The notes beneath the pieces are model-generated. The model was not told where the DNA came from and did not search any database. It was given only the letters and a program-made list of their open reading frames with translations. A program made the position numbers and the translations under genes. From NCBI GenBank assembly GCA_963796965.1, contig CAWCNS010000004.1, positions 640,001 through 704,000 on the forward strand: a DNA stretch of 64,000 nucleotides. The letters run 5' to 3'. How positions within the stretch are numbered: the stretch's first letter is position 1; every line of letters begins with the position of its first letter. Source of the stretch: Calditrichia bacterium. GTDB taxonomy: Bacteria > Calditrichota > Calditrichia > JAJRVZ01. Positions 1 through 11,676 of the stretch are shown one piece after another.

Positions 1-2
1 TT

Positions 3-470
3 CATACGGCCGATCTATCACGGTTAATCAATTATGCGAAATCACGGGATGATGTGAATAAACAAAATATTTCCGGTGTGGCCAGGGGAGATATATGTCC
101 TGATTTAGTACATCTGGCCGCATTTGATAAATCCATGGCCAAAATTGCTCTTTTTGATCCGTTGGTATCTTATAAATCTCTAGTTAATAACAAATATTAT
201 CTAACCAAATATATGCTCACGGCAGTACCGGGATCAATCCCTGAATACGATCTTTCCGATTTATACGCTGCTATTGCCCCGAGGAAAATATTATTGGTCA
301 ATGTCCTCGACCAGATCAATCAACCTCTCGATAGATCTAGGAGCGATAAAGTCTTTAAAAATGTAACATTAACTTTTAGATCACAGAATGCAGAGAATAA
401 TTTTGTTGTTCGTGATCGGGAATTTTATCATTCACTGGATGATCTGCTTGGTGACTGGCTAAGGGATTAG
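3..470 (+). CDS. C-terminal part of an alpha/beta-hydrolase-fold (acetylxylan esterase-like) protein, truncated by the window edge
   Basis: Frame is open from base 3. 'YDLSDLYAAIAPRKILLVN' resembles the C-termini of this esterase family. Confidence 0.55.
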   Translation, partial: HTADLSRLINYAKSRDDVNKQNISGVARGDICPDLVHLAAFDKSMAKIALFDPLVSYKSLVNNKYYLTKYMLTAVPGSIPEYDLSDLYAAIAPRKILLVNVLDQINQPLDRSRSDKVFKNVTLTFRSQNAENNFVVRDREFYHSLDDLLGDWLRD

Positions 471-484
471 GTATTGGGTTTTGA

Positions 485-611
485 ATAGCACGCGGATGAC
501 ACGGATAACACTGATTTCCGCGGATACTATTTAATAGTTATATATTTTAATAAAAAGACAAGGGATAAAATCTGTGAAAATACGCTTTATCCGTGTTAAT
601 CCGTGTGCCAT
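485..611. repeat. Inverted-repeat element built from ~9-nt ACACGGAT-type units
   Basis: ATAGCACGCGGATGACACGGATAACACTGAT... pairs with ...TTATCCGTGTTAATCCGTGTGCCAT around an AT-rich core. Sister copy at 41404-41555. Confidence 0.75.
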
Positions 612-683
612 GAGAGTTAAATCAACCCTTGAATCAGGACAAACGATTGCCTAAATTCATATTTCTGACAATGGAAAAAAACT

Positions 684-1550
684 ATGAAAACACTTCTTCT
701 CTCTCTTCTCTTTTCTCTCTTCTGTCTAAATTCTGGTTGTAAAAATTCTGAATCTTCACAAAATGATTTGGAAATAAGACAGAGGTCTCTAAATAATCCG
801 TATTCCGAGTTTGTTCTTGTAACGGCCCATCGGGCCTTTCACACTACCTATCCGGAAAATTCATTAGCTGCCATCCAACATTCAATTGATGCAGGAATTG
901 ATATGATTGAGATCGATGTAAGAGAAACAATGGATGGTGTTTTGATATTAATGCATGATCATACAGTTAACCGGATGACACATGGTGAAGGAACAATTAA
1001 GGAAATGAGTTATGAACGGATAAAAAACTTAACCTTAAAAACATTGCCGAATGATAAACAGATACACCATATACCAACTTTAAAGGAAGTCCTTCAAATG
1101 GTGAAGGGCCACATCCTCGTCGATATTGATATTAAAGATGCACCTGTGAAGAAGTTGGTTGAAACGGTTAAACACACAGGAACAGAGGATCAGGTTCTTT
1201 TTTTTCAACACCATAATCTAACCCATGATAGTCTGTTACTTATGGATTCTAAAATTATGGTTGTGCCAAGAGCCGGAACCGTTGAAGATGCTAAAACTTT
1301 ATTAATGAAGTATAGGCCGGTTGTTATGCAGATTCCACCGGAAATAGCCTCAAGGGAATTAGTATACCAAATGAAACAAGGGGGCTGCTCTGTCTGGATA
1401 AATTCCTTGGGCGATGCGGATGACATGGCGGAAAAGGGCAAGTTGGAAGAAGCCTTTTCTCCTCTGGTAGATATGGGCGCAACGGTAATCCAAAGTGACC
1501 GCCCGGATCTCCTGTTGCAGCATTTAAAGGGAATAAACCTTCACTGGTAA
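684..1550 (+). CDS. Glycerophosphodiester phosphodiesterase family lipoprotein
   Basis: AHRA, PENSLAA, IEIDV, HD and IPTLKE motifs; lipobox-like LNSGC. Confidence 0.9.
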   Translation: MKTLLLSLLFSLFCLNSGCKNSESSQNDLEIRQRSLNNPYSEFVLVTAHRAFHTTYPENSLAAIQHSIDAGIDMIEIDVRETMDGVLILMHDHTVNRMTHGEGTIKEMSYERIKNLTLKTLPNDKQIHHIPTLKEVLQMVKGHILVDIDIKDAPVKKLVETVKHTGTEDQVLFFQHHNLTHDSLLLMDSKIMVVPRAGTVEDAKTLLMKYRPVVMQIPPEIASRELVYQMKQGGCSVWINSLGDADDMAEKGKLEEAFSPLVDMGATVIQSDRPDLLLQHLKGINLHW

Positions 1551-1704
1551 TAATACTATATTTATTCTCTTACAGCGTCGATAGTAGCAGCGAAAAATAA
1601 TAAATATGTAAGATCTTCCACAAATAATTATTTTAAAAAATTCATGAAATTATCCAGAAATGGTGGATAATTTCGCTCCGTAAAATTTACTATCACTATA
1701 GGAG

Positions 1705-3075
1705 ATGAAGTTGTCATATCTTTTTAAGATCTATATTCATAAAGTACTTATATCTCTATTTTTATTATTACTGATGGCTTGTGAGCAGTCGCCTTCAAAG
1801 CCGAAAAACATCATCCTGTTTATCGCTGACGGATGTGGGTTTAATCATGTGGATGCGGCGAGTATTTATCAATATGGTGAAACGGGGAGACAGGTGTACG
1901 AACAGTTCCCTGTTCGCCTGGCTATGAGCACCTATTCTACTAACACTGCTGGTTATGATCGGGATTCCGCCTGGGCTTCATTTAAATATGTCCTGCAAAA
2001 ACCAACCGATTCAGCAGCTTCTGCAACAGCTATGTCTACGGGATTTAAGACCTACAATAAGGCCATAGGTGTTGATACTTTAAAGAATCCTCTCAGGTCA
2101 GCAGTCGAGCATTTCGAATCTGCTGGAAAATCTACCGGGGTGATCTCCTCTGTGCCCTGGACACATGCCACACCTGCTGCATTTGTTGCACATACCGATC
2201 ACCGTGGAAACATGAAAGAGATTGCGGATGAAATGGTTCTCGAGAGTCAGCTGGATGTAATCATGGGACCCTGCCATCCCTTTTATGATGATGACGGACA
2301 GAGGATTGCCGAACCCAATTATGATCAGATTGGCAGCAAATCTTTATGGGATACCCTTATGTCCGGCAAGGCTGGTAATGATGCGGACGGAGACGGACAG
2401 AGTGATCGGTGGTTTTTTATACAAGAGCGGAAAGATTTTCAAAATTTTATAATAGGAGATACACCAAAACGTGTAATTGGAATACCAAAAGTTCATCGAT
2501 CATTGCAGGTTGGGCGGGATATTTCCTCCGAAACAGGTGAGCCCTATTCTGTGCCATTCATCGATTCGGTGCCCACACTTTCGGAAATGGCCCTTGCCGG
2601 GATTAATATACTAGATGAAAACAAGGAGGGCTTTTTTCTGGTGATTGAAGGCGGGGCAGTTGATTGGGCCTCCCATAAGAATCATCTGGGAAGAATGATA
2701 GAGGAAGAAATTGAATTCAATCATTCAATCGAGACGATTTGTGCATGGGTTGAAACGCACAGTAGCTGGAATGAGACCCTGGTCATCATTACCGGTGATC
2801 ATGAAACGGGTTATCTGACCGGACCCGGGTCAAATCCGGATAGGGGTGAAGGGACATTATCAGTGGATCAGATTTGGAAACCGCTTGTAAATAATGGTAA
2901 AGGCAAACTTCCGGGGGCGCAATGGCATACAGGTGGTCATACCAACTCCTTGATACCCTTTTACAGTAAGGGGATGGGGAGTGATGTTTTTGTGAAACAT
3001 GCCAATAAAACTGATCCTGTAAGAGGAAAATATCTTGATAATACGGCAATTGGGAAGGTATTACATTCTTTTTAA
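1705..3075 (+). CDS. Alkaline phosphatase (PhoA family) lipoprotein
   Basis: IILFIADG, TDSAASATA (catalytic Ser), HATPAAF, IEGGAVDWASH, GDHETG and GHT motifs; GGAG RBS. Confidence 0.93.
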   Translation: MKLSYLFKIYIHKVLISLFLLLLMACEQSPSKPKNIILFIADGCGFNHVDAASIYQYGETGRQVYEQFPVRLAMSTYSTNTAGYDRDSAWASFKYVLQKPTDSAASATAMSTGFKTYNKAIGVDTLKNPLRSAVEHFESAGKSTGVISSVPWTHATPAAFVAHTDHRGNMKEIADEMVLESQLDVIMGPCHPFYDDDGQRIAEPNYDQIGSKSLWDTLMSGKAGNDADGDGQSDRWFFIQERKDFQNFIIGDTPKRVIGIPKVHRSLQVGRDISSETGEPYSVPFIDSVPTLSEMALAGINILDENKEGFFLVIEGGAVDWASHKNHLGRMIEEEIEFNHSIETICAWVETHSSWNETLVIITGDHETGYLTGPGSNPDRGEGTLSVDQIWKPLVNNGKGKLPGAQWHTGGHTNSLIPFYSKGMGSDVFVKHANKTDPVRGKYLDNTAIGKVLHSF

Positions 3076-3138
3076 TGCATGTTTTATCCATGCTTTGCGT
3101 CTTAATGGTGTTTTTGCTGCAAAAAAATCGAGGTGGTT

Positions 3139-4242
3139 ATGAAAAAAATTCTATTTATATTTTTATTTATAGTTTTCTGTACGTCAATACTTCTTGCACA
3201 GGAGACTCAAATCGAATGGATCAATTTCCCTTCAGAAAAATTGGAGGTAAATGGCTTACCCTTCTGGGAAGAGAATCAACCAGATCTTTACCGCCTTTCA
3301 AAATCCATAAAAGATGAGGTGCGTGAACCTGTATGGCGATTGTCCCAATCTCCTTCCGGTGGGCGGATTCGTTTGCGCACTGATTGCACAACCCTGATCG
3401 TTCGCCTACAGTATCCCCACCAGGGGAATATGAAAAACATGCATGTTTACGGACAATGTGGATTAGATCTGTATGTTGAAAATATTTATGTACGTACAGC
3501 AATACCAAAGGACAGCACTTATATTGAGTTTACTTTCTTTGAGGAGCGCCCAAAGAAAATAAGAAACCTGACACTTTATCTCCCCCTATATAGTGGCGTT
3601 AATGTGCTGGCAATTGGTGTCAATAAAGATGCACATTTTGAGAAACCTCTACCTTTTGTTGTTGATAAACCTGTTGTTTATTATGGCTCATCCATAACAC
3701 AAGGAGGATGTGCCAGTCATCCGGGAATGAGTTATCAGGCTATTCTCGCCAGAAATTTGAATATTGACTTTGTCAATCAGGGATATTCCGGAAATGGAAT
3801 GGGTGAACCAGAGATGGCTGAAGCCATCGCCAGCATGGATGCTTCATGCTATGTAATGGATTTTGGTGTAAATCTTCCCACAGCTGATAGTCTAAATAAA
3901 GTTTACGGTCCTTTCCTCGATCTTCTGCGCGAACGAAGACCCGATACACCCATCATCGCCGTCACACCAATTTATAATGCTCATGAATTCTGGGCTCCGA
4001 ATAAAGCAACCCATATGCGCGATATTGTTCGTAAGGAAGTTGCCCGATTACGGGAAGCAGGAGATACGAATATTATCCTCGTTGAAGGATTTGAACTGTT
4101 AGGACCCGAATATGCTGGTGGGTTTGTTGATGCGGTTCATCCAAATGATTTAGGTTTTCAGGCTATGGCAGAAGGATTGCAACCCTACGTGGCAAGAATT
4201 CTCAATGTGTCAGGTAGAAACTACTTATTGAAAAGACGTTGA
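3139..4242 (+). CDS. Secreted SGNH/GDSL hydrolase with N-terminal GxDLY-type domain
   Basis: GLDLY, YGSSITQG, GYSGNG and DAVHPND motifs; signal peptide; GAGG RBS. Confidence 0.88.
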   Translation: MKKILFIFLFIVFCTSILLAQETQIEWINFPSEKLEVNGLPFWEENQPDLYRLSKSIKDEVREPVWRLSQSPSGGRIRLRTDCTTLIVRLQYPHQGNMKNMHVYGQCGLDLYVENIYVRTAIPKDSTYIEFTFFEERPKKIRNLTLYLPLYSGVNVLAIGVNKDAHFEKPLPFVVDKPVVYYGSSITQGGCASHPGMSYQAILARNLNIDFVNQGYSGNGMGEPEMAEAIASMDASCYVMDFGVNLPTADSLNKVYGPFLDLLRERRPDTPIIAVTPIYNAHEFWAPNKATHMRDIVRKEVARLREAGDTNIILVEGFELLGPEYAGGFVDAVHPNDLGFQAMAEGLQPYVARILNVSGRNYLLKRR

Positions 4243-4313
4243 GAAGCAGTTAATTCCTTTACATTTTTTCCAATGGCATTTTGTCCCTAAATTTTGCGAT
4301 AATATTTGACGAC

Positions 4314-4408
4314 GTCATGCTGAACCCTGGCCTGTCGCCAGGACAGGGTTTAGCATCTTGGATTTAAACAGCCTCAATTGCTGGATTCCGAATCAAATTC
4401 GGAATGAC
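4314..4408. repeat. Palindromic GTCAT...ATGAC repeat element with nested hairpin
   Basis: GTCATGCTGAACCCTG[GCCTGTCGCCAGGA]CAGGGTTTAGCAT...GGATTCCGAATCAAATTCGGAATGAC. Confidence 0.65.
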
Positions 4409-4572
4409 TTTCCTTCGTTTTTGTGATATTTATGAAAATATTCATCTTGGTATTACCACGTTGAGAGACAGAATTAACTAAGATTAACGACAAATCATAT
4501 GTCAATGACTTATGATATATTTTATATCACAATAATGTTAATATAAAACCGTATAGTATCAGGAGTAAGTTT

Positions 4573-6697
4573 ATGCGAATATATATAATTTGCTTTGTGC
4601 TCTTTTCTTGTCTCATTGCAGCAGATAAACACGATGAAGTTTTTTATCAGGAAGTTGTAAAGGTCTTTACAGTAAAAAATGGCCTGCCTGATTCTGGTGT
4701 GGATAAAATCATTTTCACAGATCAGGACGATCCTGTTGCAGTAACAGATGCAGGCTCATTTTTATTTAAAAAGAATGAATGGATAAAATATAATGATGCT
4801 ATCATGGATCAATCTATAATCAGAAAGAAAAACATGCCTGCCGAAGCAGGTAATATTTATACTGTGATCCGTTATAAAGATAAAAAAATGATAGGAGCCG
4901 AAAAGGGTTTATTTGTCTACGAAAATAATAATTGGGTTCCAACTCTGCCGGCAGATGAGCATTACAGCTGGGCCCCAACAAATATTCGGGTTATGGAAAT
5001 AGACACAAAAGGTAGACTCTGGTTCGGTGCTGATCAGGGGGTTGGATATCTCCAAAATGATAAGTGGCATCTATTTACAGGAAAAGAAGGATTACCCTAT
5101 AAGAAATTTACTTGTATTGCAGCGAACTCCGATGGTGCCATCTGGTTTGGGACGGAAAAGGGAGCTTTCCGAGTGGACGGGGAAAAGTTTTATTATCGTT
5201 TTAGCCGGCGATGGATGGCGGATGATTATGTGAATGACATCAAGATAGATAAGAATGATGATGTTTGGATCGCGACCAAAAAGGGAGTAAGCCGGATTTC
5301 GTTCAATCCCATCTCCTTTGATGAAAAAGCCGCATTCTTTACCAAACAGGTTGAAACACGCCACAATCGAATAGGATTCATTTGCCAGAATCATCTGAAA
5401 GAGCAATTCAATCCGGATTCCTGGGTGCCGGCCATTTCTGACAATGATGGTATGTATACAGCCATGTACGGGGCAGCTATGGCATTTCAATATGCAGTAA
5501 CCGGTGATTCGACGGCAAAAAAAATAGCCAAACGCAGTTTTGATGCCTGTAAATGGCTGGTCGATATTACCCATGAACCAGGTTTTCCGGCCCGGGTCAT
5601 CATACCTGTAGATTGGCCGGAACCTGTCAATGAACAATATGGTCATGACTATAATAAAAATAAGCAAAAAGGTGATCCTTTCTGGAAGGATATTTATCCC
5701 CGTTTTCCTCTAAGCGAGGATGGGAAGTACCGCTGGAAATGTGATACCAGTTCAGATGAATTAGCCGGTCATTATTTTTTTTATGGAGTCTATTACGATC
5801 TGGTAGCTGAAACCGAGGAAGAAAAAAAACCGGTTCGTGAAGTTCTGGCGGCCATTACCGATCATATGATTCGCCATGGTTTTGTTTTGATGGACCACGA
5901 TGGCAAACCAACCCGGTGGGCAAATTTTTCTCCTGAGTTTTTTAATTCTGTCTGGGGTTGGGATCAGCGCGGCCTTAATTCTATGATGATGTTATCATTT
6001 CTAAGTGTAGCAGGGCATGTGACGGGTGATCCAAAATATGCTGAAGTTGCCAAAGAATTAAGAGATAAACATGACTACCATATTAATGCCATGCAATCAA
6101 AAATGTTTTTCCCTCCAGAAGATGTCGTGCCCTGGGATAACAATTTATGTTTAATGAGCTGGTATGGATTGCTCAATTATGAGGATGATCCGGAGTCTCA
6201 TTTTGATGTATCGGGAAAGTCTTGAAAATGCCTGGTTGCAAATCAGCCGTCAGAAAAATGCCTTTTGGAATGTGATTTATGCTGCCTTAGCAAACCGGTT
6301 TAATAAATTAGCCGATTCAGGTATCTATAATTCAGGCCAATATTTCACCGAATCACCTCTCTATGCATCGTTTACGGCACAAGAATTTTATAAAGAGGAT
6401 TACAGAAGGGATGATATTATAGAAACGTTAATGATAATGCCCTTGGATTTGATCGGGTATCATATGGATAATACCCATCGTCTTGATATTGTGATTGACC
6501 CTACCCCTGGTCAGGTCCCGGGAATGGGCTGGCATGTGGACGGCGGAGCCCTGCGTATCGATGAAAGGGGGCATGTACGCCAGGATCGTGACGGGTTTGC
6601 TATCGATTATTCAGAGGGCAATGGCTGGTCTGAGCATGAGGGTACGTTTTATCTGCTTCCCTATTGGATGGCACGTTATCATGGGGTGATTCAGTAG
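4573..6697 (+). CDS. Secreted protein with N-terminal regulator-type beta-propeller repeats and an uncharacterised helical catalytic-like domain; +1 frameshift near 6198
   Basis: GRLWFG, GAIWFGT and DDVWIAT repeats, then SDNDGMYTAMY and DTSSDELAGHY. ORFs 4573-6225 and 6164-6697 join. Confidence 0.7.
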
Positions 6698-6821
6698 GCA
6701 GTGAATTGTAAAGAGTAGAGCGTTGAGTGTAATGAAAAGAGAAGAAAGGAGTGTGCAGGGACGAATCGATCGGGTTGCTCGGATAATACATCGCATTGTT
6801 CAAAAGAGAAAACATAGTGAT

Positions 6822-6848
6822 GTAGAGGTAGACCCATGTGTCTGCCCT
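6822..6848. repeat. GTAG-type REP-like hairpin
   Basis: GTAGAGGTAGACCCATGTGTCTGCCCT. Confidence 0.5.
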
Positions 6849-6998
6849 AATGATAAATACCCATTAATTAAATATCCAATGTCCACCAGCGAATATCCGA
6901 GTTCCAATGATGCATGATTGGTAAGGTATAAGGATACGACGTACCTAGACCATAGATAATAAATCCATAATTGTGGCTAAGTATAACTCATTTATTTA

Positions 6999-7090
6999 AC
7001 CACAAAGCGCACAAAGTAGGCAAAAAGTTTACAAAAAAGATTAATTAAATCCTTGTGAACTCTGCCTTTTCTCCGTGTCCTTTGTGGCTA
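6999..7090. repeat. Inverted-repeat element of CACAAAG-type units
   Basis: CCACAAAGCGCACAAAG...CCGTGTCCTTTGTGG. Relatives at 16904-16980 and 61544-61699. Confidence 0.65.
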
Positions 7091-7137
7091 AAACTCATAG
7101 CGAAAACCACAAAATTATTATATTAATTTCGAGGTAA

Positions 7138-7968
7138 GTGATGATAAGGACTGTAGTATTACTATTTGTACCATGTTTAATGGTTCTGTTTTATGCATGT
7201 TCAGATGGGCAAAATGATAGGCATTTAAAACCGCCGAAAAATGGCTGTATCTATGTCATTGCCCATCGGGGAGCGCATCAGGGCATTCCTGAAAATTCAC
7301 TGGCGGCCTATCAAAAAGCAATCGATCTTGGTGTTGACTATGTGGAAGTGGACATACGTACTACAAAGGATGGCAAATATGTCAGTGTCCATAACCGCAC
7401 CATTGATGCCTATGTGGAGGGGAAGGCAGGCGAGGTTAAAGACTTTACACTGGCTGAACTAAAAACTCTGGATATTGGAAAGCGAATTGGTCCGGAATGG
7501 CAGGGCACCCGTATTCCCACCTTTGAAGAAATTCTCGATCTCTGTAAAGATAAATGTGGTATATATCTTGATCTGAAGGCGGCACCTATCTCTGATCTGG
7601 TAACGATAATTAAAGAAAAAAAGATGGTAAGTAATGTGCTCTGGTGTTTGGGTGGCTATAACCAAATTGTTGCCTTAAATAAAATATGTCCCGAATGTAT
7701 TCTAATGCCAGATCCGGGGGATTTGAATGAATTTGCTAAAATATTAGCGGAATTTAAACCTATCGTTGTGGCACCGGTATGGAGCGATTTATCGAAGGAA
7801 TTGATAAAAATGTCCCACGATGTTGGCGCGCTTGTTATCGTGGATGAGAAAGATAAAGATTCCTGGAAACAGGCACTTGAATGGGGTGTTGATGGTATCC
7901 AAACAGATCATCCTGAGGAATTTATTGAGTATTTAAAGTACAAAAGCAGGAAGATCCCTTTCCCGTGA
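7138..7968 (+). CDS. Glycerophosphodiester phosphodiesterase family lipoprotein
   Basis: IAHRGA, PENSLAAY, VEVDIR, RIPTFEE and GVDGIQTDHP motifs; lipobox LFYAC. Confidence 0.9.
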   Translation: MMIRTVVLLFVPCLMVLFYACSDGQNDRHLKPPKNGCIYVIAHRGAHQGIPENSLAAYQKAIDLGVDYVEVDIRTTKDGKYVSVHNRTIDAYVEGKAGEVKDFTLAELKTLDIGKRIGPEWQGTRIPTFEEILDLCKDKCGIYLDLKAAPISDLVTIIKEKKMVSNVLWCLGGYNQIVALNKICPECILMPDPGDLNEFAKILAEFKPIVVAPVWSDLSKELIKMSHDVGALVIVDEKDKDSWKQALEWGVDGIQTDHPEEFIEYLKYKSRKIPFP

Positions 7969-8106
7969 CGCGATCCCGTTCCGGGACGGAATGACAGAAG
8001 AGAAATATACAGTTGACTATCCAAAGAATTCCTACGGAGGAAGCAGATAAAGGCTTCGGTGTGAATAATGTAGTCTACCCATTAAAAATATCGGGAGTAA
8101 TTTATT

Positions 8107-11100
8107 GTGAAGAAATTCTTTCATTACTTAAGATCAGGCTGGACAATTTTCGTTATTATATTTTCATTTTTATGGTTCCCTTTTTCAAATTCAGTTTTGG
8201 CTTCTGGGTCGATTTCGATTGAAAATTTGCGTTGTGAATACCGAACGAATCCTTTGGGAATAGATGTACCCACACCTCGTCTTAGTTGGACTCTGAAATC
8301 AGACCAACGTGGACAACATCAAAAAGCCTACCAGATTTTAGTTGCTACCAGCCCTGAGAAATTAAATGCGGATATTGGCGATATCTGGGATAGTGGGAAA
8401 GTTCTATCTGCACTAACAGCTCAAATCAGCTATGACGGTGTTCCCCTGCTGGGAGATCGTCATTATTATTGGAAAGTCCGGGTATGGGATAAAGATGGTA
8501 CTCCCTCTTTGTGGAGTACGCCTTCTTTCTGGTTGACCGGTCTGATGCAAGACCGAGACTGGGATGCTGACTGGATCGGTCTGGATACACCCATCGGTGA
8601 TGATGATCCGGATGTTTTGAACACACGTCTTTCAGCCCGAATGTTAAGACATGATTTCAATATCGGCAAGAAATTGAAAAGAGCAACTGCCTATGTCTGT
8701 GGTTTGGGTCTTTTTGAACTGTATCTAAATGGTAAAAAGATCGGGGATCAGGTATTATCCCCGGGATTAACCGAGTATAATAAACGTGCCTATTATATGA
8801 CATTTGATGTGACTGATAATCTGGTACACGGAGAAAATGCTGTCGGTGTAATATTAGGAAACGGACGCTATTTTGCCCCACGATCAGGAGATCCCTCAAA
8901 AACGCGTACCTATGGATATCCGAAACTGCTCATGCAGATCAATCTGCACTTTGAGGATGGTACCTCATCTTCTATAATAAGCGATGAAAACTGGAAAATA
9001 TTAACTGAGGGACCGATCCGAGCCAATAATGAATACGATGGGGAAATATATGATGCCCGCTTGGAACGGGATGGCTGGACGGAACCCGGTTTTGATGCTT
9101 CAACCTGGCTTCCGGTTGAGCAAGTTGAAAAACCTGGAGAAAAACTGGAAGCACAGCCGAATGAACCAATTAAAGTGATGCAAACCATCCAACCGATTGC
9201 TGTTTCTGAACCACAACCGGGTGTTTTTATCTTTGATATGGGGCAAAATATGGTTGGTTGGGTACGATTAAAAGTGCAGGGTAAAAGAGGATCATCCGTA
9301 ACACTCCGCTTTTCAGAAGTTTTAAAAGATGATGGTATGTTATACCTGGATAATATCAGGAGTGCGAAAGTCACAGATGTATACACGTTAAAAGGTGACG
9401 GACTTGAAATATGGGAACCAAAATTCACGTATCATGGATTTCGGTTTGTGGAGATGAAAGGATTTCCAGGAAAACCAGATCTTACTGCAATTGAGGGTCA
9501 GGTAGTTTATGACGCAGTAGAGAATACCGGTACTTTCGAATGTTCAAATCCTTTAATAAACAATATCTATAAAAATGCCGTCTGGGGGGTAATGGGCAAC
9601 TATCGCAGTATACCCACTGATTGTCCCCAGCGTGATGAACGCCAAGGTTGGCTTGGTGATCGTTCTGCGGAATCCAGAGGTGAAAGTTTTATCTTTGATA
9701 TTTCAAAACTTTATAATAAATGGATGGTCGATATCCAGGATGCTCAAAAAGAGAGTGGCAGCATCCCCGATGTGGCACCATCTTATTGGCCAATCTATTC
9801 GGATAACACCACCTGGCCTGGATCCTATATTATTATACCAGCCATGTTATATGAACAATATGGTGATCTGAATACTTTGAAACGGCATTATCCCACGATG
9901 AAAAAATGGATTGCGTACATGAGTCAATATGTCGTTGACAGAATCATGACCCGTGATACCTATGGGGATTGGTGTGTCCCCCCTGAGAATCTAAATCTGA
10001 TTCATTCCACTGACCCGAACCGTACGACAAATGCAGAACTCATCGGTACCGCTTATTTTTATTATGAATTGAATCTTATGGCAGACTTTGCCCGTCTGTT
10101 AGGCCATACGAAAGATTCGGAAGCATACCAGGAACATGCAAAAAATATGAAGAAGGCTTTTAATAAAAAGTTTTTAAGTGAAGATCCGTTACAATACACC
10201 AATAATTCTCAAACATCCAGTGTCTTGGCACTTGCATTTGGCCTGGTCCCCACTGAATATGAGGAAGCAATCTTTAATAATCTGGTCTTGAAAATTATGG
10301 GTGAGAGTGAGGGTCATATTGGGACCGGTTTAATTGGCGGCCAATGGCTCATGAGAGTCCTGACAAAATATGGACGGTCTGATATTGCCTATACCCTGGC
10401 TTCAAATGATACTTATCCCAGTTGGGGGTATATGGTTAAACAGGATGCAACAACCATCTGGGAATTATGGAATGGAGACAAGGGAGATCCAGGTATGAAT
10501 TCCCACAATCATGTAATGTTATTGGGTGATCTGATAATCTGGTTGTATGAGAATCTATCTGGAATAAAATCAGACCCACAACAACCTGCATTCAGTCACA
10601 TCACGATGCACCCAGAGATATTTGAAGATTTATACTATGTTAAATCCTCTTACCAATCGGTCCGCGGACTGATCAAAAGCAGCTGGAAGATCAAAAGCAA
10701 CGACTTCTATTGGGATATATCCATTCCTGCAAATACTACTGCAACCATATATGTACCGGCCATGAGTAAAAATGATGTTCAGGAGGGGAAAAATCTTGCC
10801 TCGAATTCTGAAGGTGTCAAATTTATCCGATTGCAGGATAATAGGGCAGTTTTCCAATTGGAATCTGGGCAATATGCATTTATCTCCGAAAATTTTGAAT
10901 TGAAAACATTCAAACCATTTGTTTACACCCCTATCATAAGTCCTGGTGATACAATCGTTCCCTTGCCCAATGAATTTGAAGTTGAAATGATATCTAAGAC
11001 ATCAAATGTAAAAATTCATTATACTTTAGATGGTAGTGAAGTTTCCGAATCTGCCCAGGTATATGTTCAGCCATTCAACATATCTAAGAGTACCGTCCTA

Positions 11101-11611
11101 CGAGCAAAAGCTTTTAAAGAAGATTATCATGCCAGTGCAGAAAGATCCGTATTTTATGATTTTGTAAATCCAAAAAAAAATGGGGTAATGTGGAAACTCT
11201 ACCGGGGTGCCTTTACCAATCTCCCGGATTTCACTCAATTAGAGGCAGAAAAAAGTGGTCGGACCTATCAAATAAGTCTTGAAGACATGGATATCCCACA
11301 GGGGAACTTCGCGCTCACATTTATGGGTCAGATTGATATAGAGCATCTGGGAACCTACACCTTCTATACCAATTCGAATGATGGCAGTCAGTTATTTATT
11401 AATGGTCAGACTTGTCGTAGACAATGATGGTGAGCATGGCTCAACAGAGAAAAGCGGGGAGATCTGGCTGGATTCAGGTTTGCATAATATAACGGTAACT
11501 TATTTTCAAAGTGGGGGCGGTAAAACCCTAACGGTTTACTATAAAGGTCCACAGACGAAAAGAAATATTCTTCCCGCGTCGATTTTGTATTTTGATCAGG
11601 CAAATGAATAA
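8107..11611 (+). CDS. GH78 alpha-L-rhamnosidase family protein with C-terminal chitobiase/Fn3-like and PA14 domains; +1 frameshift near 11410
   Basis: LRCEYRTNPLG, FDMGQNMVGW, FTYHGFRF, PTDCPQRDERQGWLGD, TTIWELW, YTLDGSE and SNDGS...DNDGEHG motifs. Confidence 0.9.
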
Positions 11612-11676
11612 TTTTGTTTTTTGTAGGTGAAAAGATCGGATAGAATAATCATATACAAAAGAAGTATGGAGTAATA

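Noticed and set aside
6600..6917. Short ORFs downstream of the propeller gene
   Set aside because: They run through REP-like and low-complexity repeats and show no protein-like features.
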